Shown piece by piece: positions 17,463 to 25,593 of a stretch of DNA of 64,000 bases. Origin of the DNA: a virus; the IMG/VR virus record IMGVR_UViG_3300046804_003463, positions 13,033-77,032 of that record; one strand, written 5' to 3'. Below the pieces are notes generated by a model that saw only the letters and a program-made list of their open reading frames with translations, was not told the DNA's origin and made no database searches. Position 1 is the first letter of the stretch. Every line of letters starts with the position of its first letter. The position numbers and the translations under genes are program-made.

Positions 17463-18079
17463 CAGTGTACTCCTAGAACATGAAGTGCATGTTCATAATG
17501 TTTCTTGCGGTCTTCAAGTCCTATGGTGCCACCATTAATTCTCTTAGTCATGGTCAGAATATCACCTTTATCTGCCCATTGATTCAGTTTGTTTGTTTCC
17601 CAAAACCAACATGCAGATTGTGCAGCGCCTTCAAATGTTTGTGTATATTCTGCTGCTTCTTCAGGAGATATTTCTAATGAAGCGGCAAACCAAGTATAGT
17701 TTGTTTTGCCAGTCAGTTGAATCAGTCCACGGCCACGGTATTTGTAGCCGTCACCAGATGCTTCGTTGCCATTACCCATACGGTCGGCGTAAATACGATT
17801 AGCAATTTTCTCTGGTTTCTTTTCATATGCTTTTGCAGTTGCCATATCTGGAAAATACTTTCCAAATATTTTCATCAGACTTTCTGCTTTGTAGTTCAAG
17901 TTCTCTGTGAGAAAAACAAAACCACCAGACTCATGTGAGCATTGTGCAATAAACGATGCAATACGCTGTGGCGTATTGATTTCATAATCTGGAAGTAATT
18001 GGCTTAATGCTTTGTGCCACTGATCAATATATGGGTTTTTTGGTAGTAATTGTTTTAATTGTTCTTTTGTGAGTTCCAT
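17462..18079 (-). CDS. Glycoside hydrolase family 19 endolysin
   Basis: FIAQCSHESGG, YRGRGLIQLTG and INGG motifs. Confidence 0.92.
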   Translation of the reverse strand: MELTKEQLKQLLPKNPYIDQWHKALSQLLPDYEINTPQRIASFIAQCSHESGGFVFLTENLNYKAESLMKIFGKYFPDMATAKAYEKKPEKIANRIYADRMGNGNEASGDGYKYRGRGLIQLTGKTNYTWFAASLEISPEEAAEYTQTFEGAAQSACWFWETNKLNQWADKGDILTMTKRINGGTIGLEDRKKHYEHALHVLGVH

Positions 18080-18094
18080 GTGTATCCTCAGGTA

Positions 18095-18355
18095 TTATTT
18101 TACGGAATCAAAAATCTCCTTTTGTAATCTATACCATTCTATCCACATGTCAACTTTGTCACTACACTTATGATACTCCATGTAGTTGTCAGATACGACC
18201 GTAATCACATCACTCAGTTTGGTCGTGTCTTCTTTTAGTTGTGTCAGTGGCGGGCAAGGTTTTCCTAGTGATTCTGGCATTTCAGGAAACTTACGAGCCA
18301 CTGGCACGGTAGTGCTACAGCCAGACAGCAATAAGACTATAAGTAATTTTTTCAT
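18095..18355 (-). CDS. Outer-membrane spanin (Rz1-like lipoprotein)
   Basis: Lipobox LSGC, Pro-rich, directly follows the i-spanin. Confidence 0.8.
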   Translation of the reverse strand: MKKLLIVLLLSGCSTTVPVARKFPEMPESLGKPCPPLTQLKEDTTKLSDVITVVSDNYMEYHKCSDKVDMWIEWYRLQKEIFDSVK

Positions 18356-18789
18356 GGCTTCTTGGCTGCTTCGTTCAAAATACTTACTACGTTGGGATCA
18401 AGTTCACACTTCGCATCAATAACTTTTTCCACTTCCTTAATCTTTTGGACAATAATCTCTCGTTTTTCAACGACTCTCTTTGTTCTCTCTCTGATTTGCG
18501 TTTCAATAACAACATTTGTCTGCTGTGATTTCGCTTCTGCATCTTTCACTTTCTCCTCTAGTTCAGCCACTCGTTGACGCCATTCTTGCTCTACGCTATA
18601 GCCTCCTTTCCAATATATACCGACACAGAGCAGTGCTATGGAAACATATTTGATTATGTTCGCATAGTTGCTAATGAATAATAGTCTGCTACCTATGAAA
18701 CCTAAGATGGTGCCTATGACACCACAAACTAAAACTGTATTAATAATGAATAGAAGAAAACCAGAGGGCAAAAAACTAAGAAGCCACAT
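18352..18789 (-). CDS. Inner-membrane spanin (Rz-like)
   Basis: N-terminal TM segments followed by a coiled coil; upstream of Rz1-like gene and endolysin. Confidence 0.75.
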   Translation of the reverse strand: MWLLSFLPSGFLLFIINTVLVCGVIGTILGFIGSRLLFISNYANIIKYVSIALLCVGIYWKGGYSVEQEWRQRVAELEEKVKDAEAKSQQTNVVIETQIRERTKRVVEKREIIVQKIKEVEKVIDAKCELDPNVVSILNEAAKKP

Positions 18790-19009
18790 TTGATTTTCTC
18801 TTTAGGAATGAAATGAATGTCGCAGTCTTGCGTTTCTTGACACCAGGTTCACCCTGTGGTCCTACACCAAGTCCGGCAATAGCACCACCGCCGACTGCGT
18901 TTGCTGGTGCGCCCATAGCACCAGCATCTTCTTTGAGTGGTTTACAGACTTTATCGGTGCTACACCAATAATAACCTGCACCACATTCTTTTTTGAATTC
19001 GTTAGACAT
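18776..19009 (-). CDS. Hypothetical protein (start MSNEFKKEC)
   Basis: Start follows CATAAATA at 19015-19022; Gly/Pro-rich with an LKE/D motif. Confidence 0.55.
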   Translation of the reverse strand: MSNEFKKECGAGYYWCSTDKVCKPLKEDAGAMGAPANAVGGGAIAGLGVGPQGEPGVKKRKTATFISFLKRKSNVAS

Positions 19010-19025
19010 AGTTTTATTTATGTTA

Positions 19026-19742
19026 TTAGTACCCTGTTCCACCAACATTATAGCCAGTATATACAGTCCAATTTGTGCCTGTGCTATCTCCAACCATAAC
19101 ATAACTTTGATTGGCAGTTACACCACGATTTGATGGTCCCAAATCACCGCCTGTGAGTTTTGCTGTAGAACTGTACAAACCGGAAATGACACCAACATTA
19201 TTATTACCTCTTGCTTGTACACCAACCAACAATTCAATCCAAGGACTGCCACCAGTCAGACTTGGGTTAAAAAATGTTAATTCATACACCATGTTGGGGC
19301 TGCCCGGTGTGCCAGTTGTTGATGATGTTCCTTCCCAACGCAACCTCTTATAGTCTGTACCCGAAGTAAAACTTGAAACTCTTTGCCATGAATTATCTGC
19401 GGCGGCAAAAAATATTTTATTGAGAGCAGGTGAAGATGCACTTAGACCATTGAATTGATTTGAGCCTGAACCGAATGTTACATAGTAATTTGAGTTTGGA
19501 AAAAAACTAGTATAACCAGTATTATTGTATGTCCATGTAAATGGTAAAGTCACATTTGTATTTGCATCATCACCAGTTGATGAAATGATAGATGTCCAAC
19601 CAGATGCGGGAAATGGACTTTGTGCGCCAGCACCCAGAACGGGCGCCTTTGTGCCAGTGTTTAATGTATAAACACCACTAACTGGTATCTGTGAATCAAC
19701 GTAGATTCCACCAGTGATTGTGATGCCAGGTCCGATTATCAT
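19026..19742 (-). CDS. Putative virion (fibre/appendage) protein
   Basis: Gly/Ser/Thr-rich, beta-type composition. Confidence 0.55.
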   Translation of the reverse strand: MIIGPGITITGGIYVDSQIPVSGVYTLNTGTKAPVLGAGAQSPFPASGWTSIISSTGDDANTNVTLPFTWTYNNTGYTSFFPNSNYYVTFGSGSNQFNGLSASSPALNKIFFAAADNSWQRVSSFTSGTDYKRLRWEGTSSTTGTPGSPNMVYELTFFNPSLTGGSPWIELLVGVQARGNNNVGVISGLYSSTAKLTGGDLGPSNRGVTANQSYVMVGDSTGTNWTVYTGYNVGGTGY

Positions 19743-20131
19743 TTTAGATTTCTGAGAACTTCTGCGACATTCATATCAATCGGTATTTCTGATGATATGA
19801 TGTCTGTGCCGTTGATGCCACGAACTCTTTCGGGCATGAGATTCAAAAATATCAAATATGTTTTGAGAATACTATAATCACTTTTGTTGGTGTGATAAAA
19901 CATTATTCTCGTCGATACTTCAGGACCAAAAATATTGTACAAAACAACAATGTGATTGAGTATCAGTCGCTCACGCATTTCACCATGTTTAGAGTAACGT
20001 CTGAATAATCGTTTGAGATAATTTAATCGCTTCATGTCCTCAGTGAACTCACTCATGATGCAATTAGGCCTATCATAAGCCTTTGCAGCATATAACATAA
20101 TATTTTCTTCAGTCAGATTCTCAAACGACAT
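19739..20131 (-). CDS. Conserved T4-like phage hypothetical protein
   Basis: LYAAKAYDRPNC...DMKRLNYLKRL...ERLILNH pattern. Confidence 0.75.
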   Translation of the reverse strand: MSFENLTEENIMLYAAKAYDRPNCIMSEFTEDMKRLNYLKRLFRRYSKHGEMRERLILNHIVVLYNIFGPEVSTRIMFYHTNKSDYSILKTYLIFLNLMPERVRGINGTDIISSEIPIDMNVAEVLRNLK

Positions 20132-20160
20132 AATAAATGCGGCTGACCGAAGCCAGCCGC
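20132..20160 (-). terminator. Intrinsic terminator-like hairpin with UUCG loop
   Basis: GCGGCTGGC-TTCG-GTCAGCCGC-ATTTATT. Confidence 0.7.
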
Positions 20161-20168
20161 CAATTCAA

Positions 20169-20747
20169 TCAAGAGTCAGGTGCAATAGCGTCATCAGATG
20201 CGTCACCAGTCATTGAACCCATTGCTACTAGAGTTTCAAATGTGGTGCGACCATTGCGTCCACCCATTGTAAAGGTGAATGCAGTGTTTCCAAATGTGTT
20301 CGCTGTTGGTGTACCAGTATACAGACCAGCATTTGAAACTGAGATGCTAGAAATTCTACCAGTAGCAGCAGTCGTTACGCTGACTTGTGCAGAGGTGTTA
20401 TTTGTACCACCACCAGACAATACCAGTGTATATGTGCAGGCCGATGCTGCTGGACCTACAGCGCCAGTGTTTGCTGTAACTGACACAACAGGACCAGAAC
20501 CTTTTGTACGAGCTACCCAACCAGCATGTGTTGGTTGACCGTCAGTGATAAGTGGCTCTTCTGTCGTATCTATACCGAATACACCAAACTCTACATTTGT
20601 GCGGGTTGCACTCATGTATGTGTTACCAAATACTGATGAAGTTTCCGAATTAGCTATACTTTCACCAGTGGTTGATACATCGTAGCCTGTTAGACCCGAA
20701 AAGTTTGGAGCATTGTTAGATGCGTCTACATTTCCCCAAAGTGGCAT
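20169..20747 (-). CDS. Putative virion structural protein (MPLWG N-terminus)
   Basis: MPLWG...HAGWV...GR...ETLVAM pattern; follows CATAAATA (20776-20783). Confidence 0.65.
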   Translation of the reverse strand: MPLWGNVDASNNAPNFSGLTGYDVSTTGESIANSETSSVFGNTYMSATRTNVEFGVFGIDTTEEPLITDGQPTHAGWVARTKGSGPVVSVTANTGAVGPAASACTYTLVLSGGGTNNTSAQVSVTTAATGRISSISVSNAGLYTGTPTANTFGNTAFTFTMGGRNGRTTFETLVAMGSMTGDASDDAIAPDS

Positions 20748-20778
20748 GTTTTTCTCCTATAAATCTTTGATTGTTTAT

Positions 20779-22269
20779 TTATGTTTTCTGCATATCGCTA
20801 GACAATTCGGGGTCTTTTTGAAACTTGTCCGATGCCTCTTCTTGTTCTTGCTTTTTTCCTTTTGCAGCATCTCTTACGATTTGTGCTTTACGGGATAGAG
20901 TTCTTGCTGCTGCACTTGGCTCGTCAACGGCTTCACTTACAGTCTTCCAGCCACCCCCCTTTGACTTGTACCACTTTGATGCCCAACCGTTGGCATATGC
21001 AGAAGGATACACATCAAACTTTTGTTTTGCTAGTGCTTTTGCTTTAGACCACAATGCAGGATTGGTCGGAGCATTCTTCTCTTCAAGATACTCAATCTCT
21101 TCGTTGACATGACCATACTTCTTTTTGTACCAATCAGGCATGCCATTCTTTTTTCTCCAATGTCTTACAGTCGCAGAATCATTTGCTTGGTCACGATACT
21201 TGTTTTCTGCTGTTGTGTTATGACTCTTCATTGCTTCTGCTGCTTCATGTGCATCTTTGGCAATGTGAACTAACGCTTCATTAGATTTCTTATGATACTC
21301 ATGACCTTCTAGTGGATGACGCTGTGATGGACGGCCTTCTGTCAGTTCAACTTCTTCTTTGTTGTATTTCTTTTTCAAATACTTGTCAACCTTGCGTTCA
21401 TATTCACCTTTTGGTTTCTTTGCAACAGGAGTACCATGTGGAGAAGGAACATATCGCTTAACTTCTTCTTTCATACCCTTAGGCTTGATACCTTTTTTCT
21501 TCATGTTGATAGCAATTGCTGCCTGTTGTGCAGGATTTGCTGCTTCGCTCAATTCACCACGCAGATAGTTTGCCGCTGTAGAAATATAATCTTCAGCCAA
21601 TGTAATCTTTGATTGTACCCATTCAGGAAGATTTGTGTTATCATCCATCATGTCAATCAAATCTTGTGCATTGAACATTAACGAACGAAGTTGTGACATT
21701 GCCATATCGCCTTCGTAATCGTATTCACGTGGGTCTTTTGCTTCTTTCATATGTTCCTCGTTTACTCTAGGTGATGCTTGAGTGAAAGATTGAAATGGTT
21801 TTTTTGAAGGTCCAGAAACATGTCTGCCTTTTTTGAACAATTCATATGAAATTCTTCCAGTTTGAATTTGTTCATTCACTTCTGTCTCTTCAGAAACTCT
21901 TGATGCTTTCATGATACCACGAATCAATGGTGCTTTGAGTTGTTTATGTCTTGGCACAGAAATGTTTTCTTTTGACTTAGGATGGCCGTATACATCATGA
22001 CCACCAGAAGTTCTCTTCAGTGACCAACCAGATTTTTTCAGATGAGCATGTACATCACGTGTCTTCATGCTTGACTCTGGCATCTCATCAAGTTGTTCAA
22101 CTGATTCAACTTTATATTTCTTTTTGATTTCGGCCTGCTTTGCAAGTCTTTCTCTGTCATCAGAAATGCTGTAAGAATGACCTAGTTCTTTGTAATAGTC
22201 GGGATGTGGTAGTCCCGACTTCTTACGCAGAGCCATTTGTCGTTGATGTAGTTTATCGGCGACTGACAT
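20779..22269 (-). CDS. Modular internal-head-type polyprotein with a HicA-like domain
   Basis: Modules separated by (L/V)xE acidic linkers; aa ~63-124 are HicA-like. Confidence 0.7.
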   Translation of the reverse strand: MSVADKLHQRQMALRKKSGLPHPDYYKELGHSYSISDDRERLAKQAEIKKKYKVESVEQLDEMPESSMKTRDVHAHLKKSGWSLKRTSGGHDVYGHPKSKENISVPRHKQLKAPLIRGIMKASRVSEETEVNEQIQTGRISYELFKKGRHVSGPSKKPFQSFTQASPRVNEEHMKEAKDPREYDYEGDMAMSQLRSLMFNAQDLIDMMDDNTNLPEWVQSKITLAEDYISTAANYLRGELSEAANPAQQAAIAINMKKKGIKPKGMKEEVKRYVPSPHGTPVAKKPKGEYERKVDKYLKKKYNKEEVELTEGRPSQRHPLEGHEYHKKSNEALVHIAKDAHEAAEAMKSHNTTAENKYRDQANDSATVRHWRKKNGMPDWYKKKYGHVNEEIEYLEEKNAPTNPALWSKAKALAKQKFDVYPSAYANGWASKWYKSKGGGWKTVSEAVDEPSAAARTLSRKAQIVRDAAKGKKQEQEEASDKFQKDPELSSDMQKT

Positions 22270-22271
22270 GA

Positions 22272-23294
22272 CTAGTCTTTCTTAGCCATTTTGGTTGCGG
22301 TGGCATACATTACCGACTTTGCACGTTCACCGTAACGCTGTTTGAAACCAGAAAGTTTTTTCTTCATACCCATTACATAATCTTCTTTCTTCTTTGCTTC
22401 ACCTTTTGTCAGTTCACGCTCATCAATTTGCTCAACTGATTCTGGCATTGTCTTTACACCGACAGTTTTACCAGCAGCAATTTTTGGTTGTTTCTTCTTA
22501 GCTTCAAAACTTGCTTTTTGGTCTTCATATTCTTTTGTCCACTCGTCATTTGTTGGCTCTTCAACGATGGTTTCAACAAAGCCATTTACCTTGTCGGCAT
22601 CAAGCACTTCAATTTTTGTACCGTCAATGTCCATCTCTTCAGTTTCAATTGGTGCTAGAACTTTCAGACCATGCTCATTGTACAGTTCAAGCATTTCTGT
22701 AAATGATGCTGACTCATTGACACGTGTTGAACGCTTGTAGTTTTGACGGGCACCATAACCACCTTTTTTCTTTGGTGTATCATCTTCATCATCGTCATCT
22801 TTGTAGTCACGCTTATGTACAAGACCTGTTGCTGTCTTTGTGACTGAACCTGTTGCTGTCTTACCAGCATCCATGCGCTTCTTAGCATCTGCTACAGTTG
22901 GAAATGCTTCGTTCAGTTGCTCTTGTTCTGATGCTTCAACTTCTTCATTCTTTTTACCATAGTAATCATCTTTGTACATGCGTGATGTTGCCTTACGCAG
23001 ACCTTTTGTGCGGTTTTTTGTCTTGTCTGCAATTGCTTTGCTTACATATGAACCAAGTGCTTTTCTACCTGCTGGTGTATCACCAACTTCGTCTAATTGT
23101 TCAACTTCTTCTTTCTTCAGCACACCACGACCAACCAACACATCTTTGTGTGTAATCTTATCTTTTGGATGTGCTAGTGCTGCCAAAGATTTCTCTTTGT
23201 CGGTTTTTGGTGTTGAACCATGACTTGTTTCTGCCATGATTTTTGCTGCTGCTTCTGCGACACCTTTCAGTGCCTTGTCATGAAAAATTGACAT
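22272..23294 (-). CDS. Modular internal-head-type protein
   Basis: Charged modules with EQLDE, QLNE, RVNE and QIDE linkers. Confidence 0.65.
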   Translation of the reverse strand: MSIFHDKALKGVAEAAAKIMAETSHGSTPKTDKEKSLAALAHPKDKITHKDVLVGRGVLKKEEVEQLDEVGDTPAGRKALGSYVSKAIADKTKNRTKGLRKATSRMYKDDYYGKKNEEVEASEQEQLNEAFPTVADAKKRMDAGKTATGSVTKTATGLVHKRDYKDDDDEDDTPKKKGGYGARQNYKRSTRVNESASFTEMLELYNEHGLKVLAPIETEEMDIDGTKIEVLDADKVNGFVETIVEEPTNDEWTKEYEDQKASFEAKKKQPKIAAGKTVGVKTMPESVEQIDERELTKGEAKKKEDYVMGMKKKLSGFKQRYGERAKSVMYATATKMAKKD

Positions 23295-23318
23295 TGTAGT
23301 TCTCCTGATTTAGTTTTG

Positions 23319-24629
23319 TTATCTTGTAATCTCTTCCCAATCCATTGATGCATAGATGTCTGAACCGTTTAGGGTAGCAGAAGCACATAATGTTAATTCG
23401 TATGGAGTGTTGGTGAAACTGTCTCTTTCTAATTGAAATTTGAATAATGCTTCTTTAAGAATATCAACTGGTGCTGCACTAATTGTTGCACCAGTAAAAC
23501 CTGATGCTAATACACGACCGCCAGTCATTGTACCGCCATCAATTTTGTATTCAACAGAAGAATTATCTCCCGCACTTACCCAAGTTCCACCTCCAGTGGT
23601 GTTGGCGCCTGCTCTTACTTGCCAATTATAAACTGAGTTATTCGTAATACCCAATATTGATAGTGCAGTAAGAATTACGATTGCATCTAAACGATTTGCT
23701 TTTAATCTTAGTGAAATAACTGGATAATATGTTCCAGGCGTTGGTAAATCAATAGGTGATCCAATTGCTGTTTGAATGGCTTGTTGAGAGCCATACAATT
23801 CATACCCACCTTCAGAAATGACTGTCGAACATATTTGCTTCATTGTTGAGTTACTTGCGGTAACTCCAGTATTCTTGATTTCATATCTTAATGGCAAAGA
23901 GGCCGTTGTCATGTAAGGTGTTAAATTTTTATTATCATTATGAAATATATGTGCGATTGTCATTTTACCATCAACAACAAAACCACAACGAACATCACCA
24001 ACACCTAACCATTCAACGTCCATCCAAAGAATGTTTGTTTTACTTACGTCAAGTCCACCAGTGTGTTCTGCACCACCACTTTGTGATGAATAACCCGTAC
24101 CGTCAAACTTATCTACATTCCAATCTGATTGTGCAACTCTTGTTTCTGTAACTGTGCTTGATGTGTTTGTTCTCAATACGAAATAATTTGTTGTACCATC
24201 ATTCTCAAGATAAATGCCATTACTTTGACCAAAATATCCTACTCTTTGACGAACATTTGCTTTTGGTTCGTTCATAGCAAATGTTGACATAATCAACAAA
24301 GATTTACCTGGTTGATAAGACATAACTTTTGTCGTTTCTCTGGCAACTTCAGCATTTGCGGTTGTGCCAACAGTCATATTAATTGTACTTTGGTTTTCAA
24401 CAAAAGTGTATGAACTATTACTTGCTGTGTTTGATGTTACCCACAGTCCATTATCAGAAAAACGATGTGTGCTTTCAAACAAAGTAACAGGATTTACGAT
24501 ACGCAAACGGCCAAACGCATCTGTCAAAGTGCCAGACGGTGAAAGACGATCAGACATCATATTCACTTCATAACGAGTGAATACTTGTCCTGAATCTATC
24601 TTATGTAAGTCCGTTCTAAATTGTGCCAT
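23319..24629 (-). CDS. Putative virion structural protein
   Basis: DAFGRLR motif; beta-rich 436 aa. Confidence 0.6.
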   Translation of the reverse strand: MAQFRTDLHKIDSGQVFTRYEVNMMSDRLSPSGTLTDAFGRLRIVNPVTLFESTHRFSDNGLWVTSNTASNSSYTFVENQSTINMTVGTTANAEVARETTKVMSYQPGKSLLIMSTFAMNEPKANVRQRVGYFGQSNGIYLENDGTTNYFVLRTNTSSTVTETRVAQSDWNVDKFDGTGYSSQSGGAEHTGGLDVSKTNILWMDVEWLGVGDVRCGFVVDGKMTIAHIFHNDNKNLTPYMTTASLPLRYEIKNTGVTASNSTMKQICSTVISEGGYELYGSQQAIQTAIGSPIDLPTPGTYYPVISLRLKANRLDAIVILTALSILGITNNSVYNWQVRAGANTTGGGTWVSAGDNSSVEYKIDGGTMTGGRVLASGFTGATISAAPVDILKEALFKFQLERDSFTNTPYELTLCASATLNGSDIYASMDWEEITR

Positions 24630-24631
24630 AA

Positions 24632-24894
24632 ATTAGCAGTTCCACTTTCTTATTTTGGCTTTAACTCCGGATATTTTTTATGCATTTCTTCCCTTGATAG
24701 TTCATGCATATCTTTCCACATTTTTGCTTCTTTTTTAGTTTTTGTGGTTCTAATATGACGGCCATTTTCATCATGCACATTATATTCAACATCGGCTGTT
24801 GTTCTGCCACGATAACTTTCTTTCTTAGTTATTGTTGCTTTCTTTTCTTCAACTATGAAAGACTTAAATGTTTTCATTAGCAATTCCACTTTCT
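24632..24894. repeat. 19-bp direct repeat (1 mismatch) flanking a small gene
   Basis: attagcagttccactttct (24632-24650) and attagcaattccactttct (24876-24894). Confidence 0.85.
24650..24877 (-). CDS. Small protein with capsid-targeting-like N-terminus (MKTFKSFIVEE)
   Basis: N-terminus resembles the T4 IP CTS MKTYQEFIAE. Confidence 0.7.
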   Translation of the reverse strand: MKTFKSFIVEEKKATITKKESYRGRTTADVEYNVHDENGRHIRTTKTKKEAKMWKDMHELSREEMHKKYPELKPK

Positions 24895-25593
24895 CAGTGC
24901 TTTATTAATACGTGAATCTGGATCACGTGCTGTCTTTGCTGATGTCAGTCTACGCTTCATGCCGCCCATTCTTGCACAGAATGATTTGCGACGATTTGCT
25001 GCTTTAGAACCAGGTTTCAGTTTGCTTGGCTTTGTTGTCACAGCCATTGACAGTTTTGAACCTGGATTCTCACGACGATATGATTCAATACCTTTACGAT
25101 TCAAACCACCAGACTCAGACTTACCTTCTTTACGCTGCCATGCTGCAACTTCTTCTAACTGTTCTAATTGTTCATCTGTCAGCGGACCATCGTCTGCTTC
25201 ATAGTTCTCTTTTTTCACTTTCATCATCTTTGGCTTTGTGAACACAGGATTATCCGCACCACCAGCATCACCTTCTCTCTCCTCTACAAATTTTTTCAGC
25301 TTTTTATAATAATCTGATTTTTCACCGATATGCTTCAATGCAATTTTTCTAGCAACATGTTTTTCATCAGTATGTTCCATTTCAACTTTAGTGCCATGTG
25401 CTACCAAATCTTGAATATCTGAAATAGACATTTTATATTTTTTTGCTAAATCATCTTCAGAAGGAACTGATTTATCAAGTTCAACTTCTTCTTTTACACA
25501 TGAGCCTGGTGAATATGGTTTTTTACCAGGTACTGGTCTATGACCTGGCCAACAACGACCAGCTTCATCTAAGAATGCGCTAAACGATTTCAT
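24877..25593 (-). CDS. Modular internal-head-type protein (CTS-like MKSFSAFLDE; DUF5661-like and DUF6321-like modules)
   Basis: GTKVEMEH...DYY module and AWQRKEGK...SFCARM...WNC module, separated by LEE/ELD linkers; DUF names from memory. Confidence 0.7.
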   Translation of the reverse strand: MKSFSAFLDEAGRCWPGHRPVPGKKPYSPGSCVKEEVELDKSVPSEDDLAKKYKMSISDIQDLVAHGTKVEMEHTDEKHVARKIALKHIGEKSDYYKKLKKFVEEREGDAGGADNPVFTKPKMMKVKKENYEADDGPLTDEQLEQLEEVAAWQRKEGKSESGGLNRKGIESYRRENPGSKLSMAVTTKPSKLKPGSKAANRRKSFCARMGGMKRRLTSAKTARDPDSRINKALRKWNC

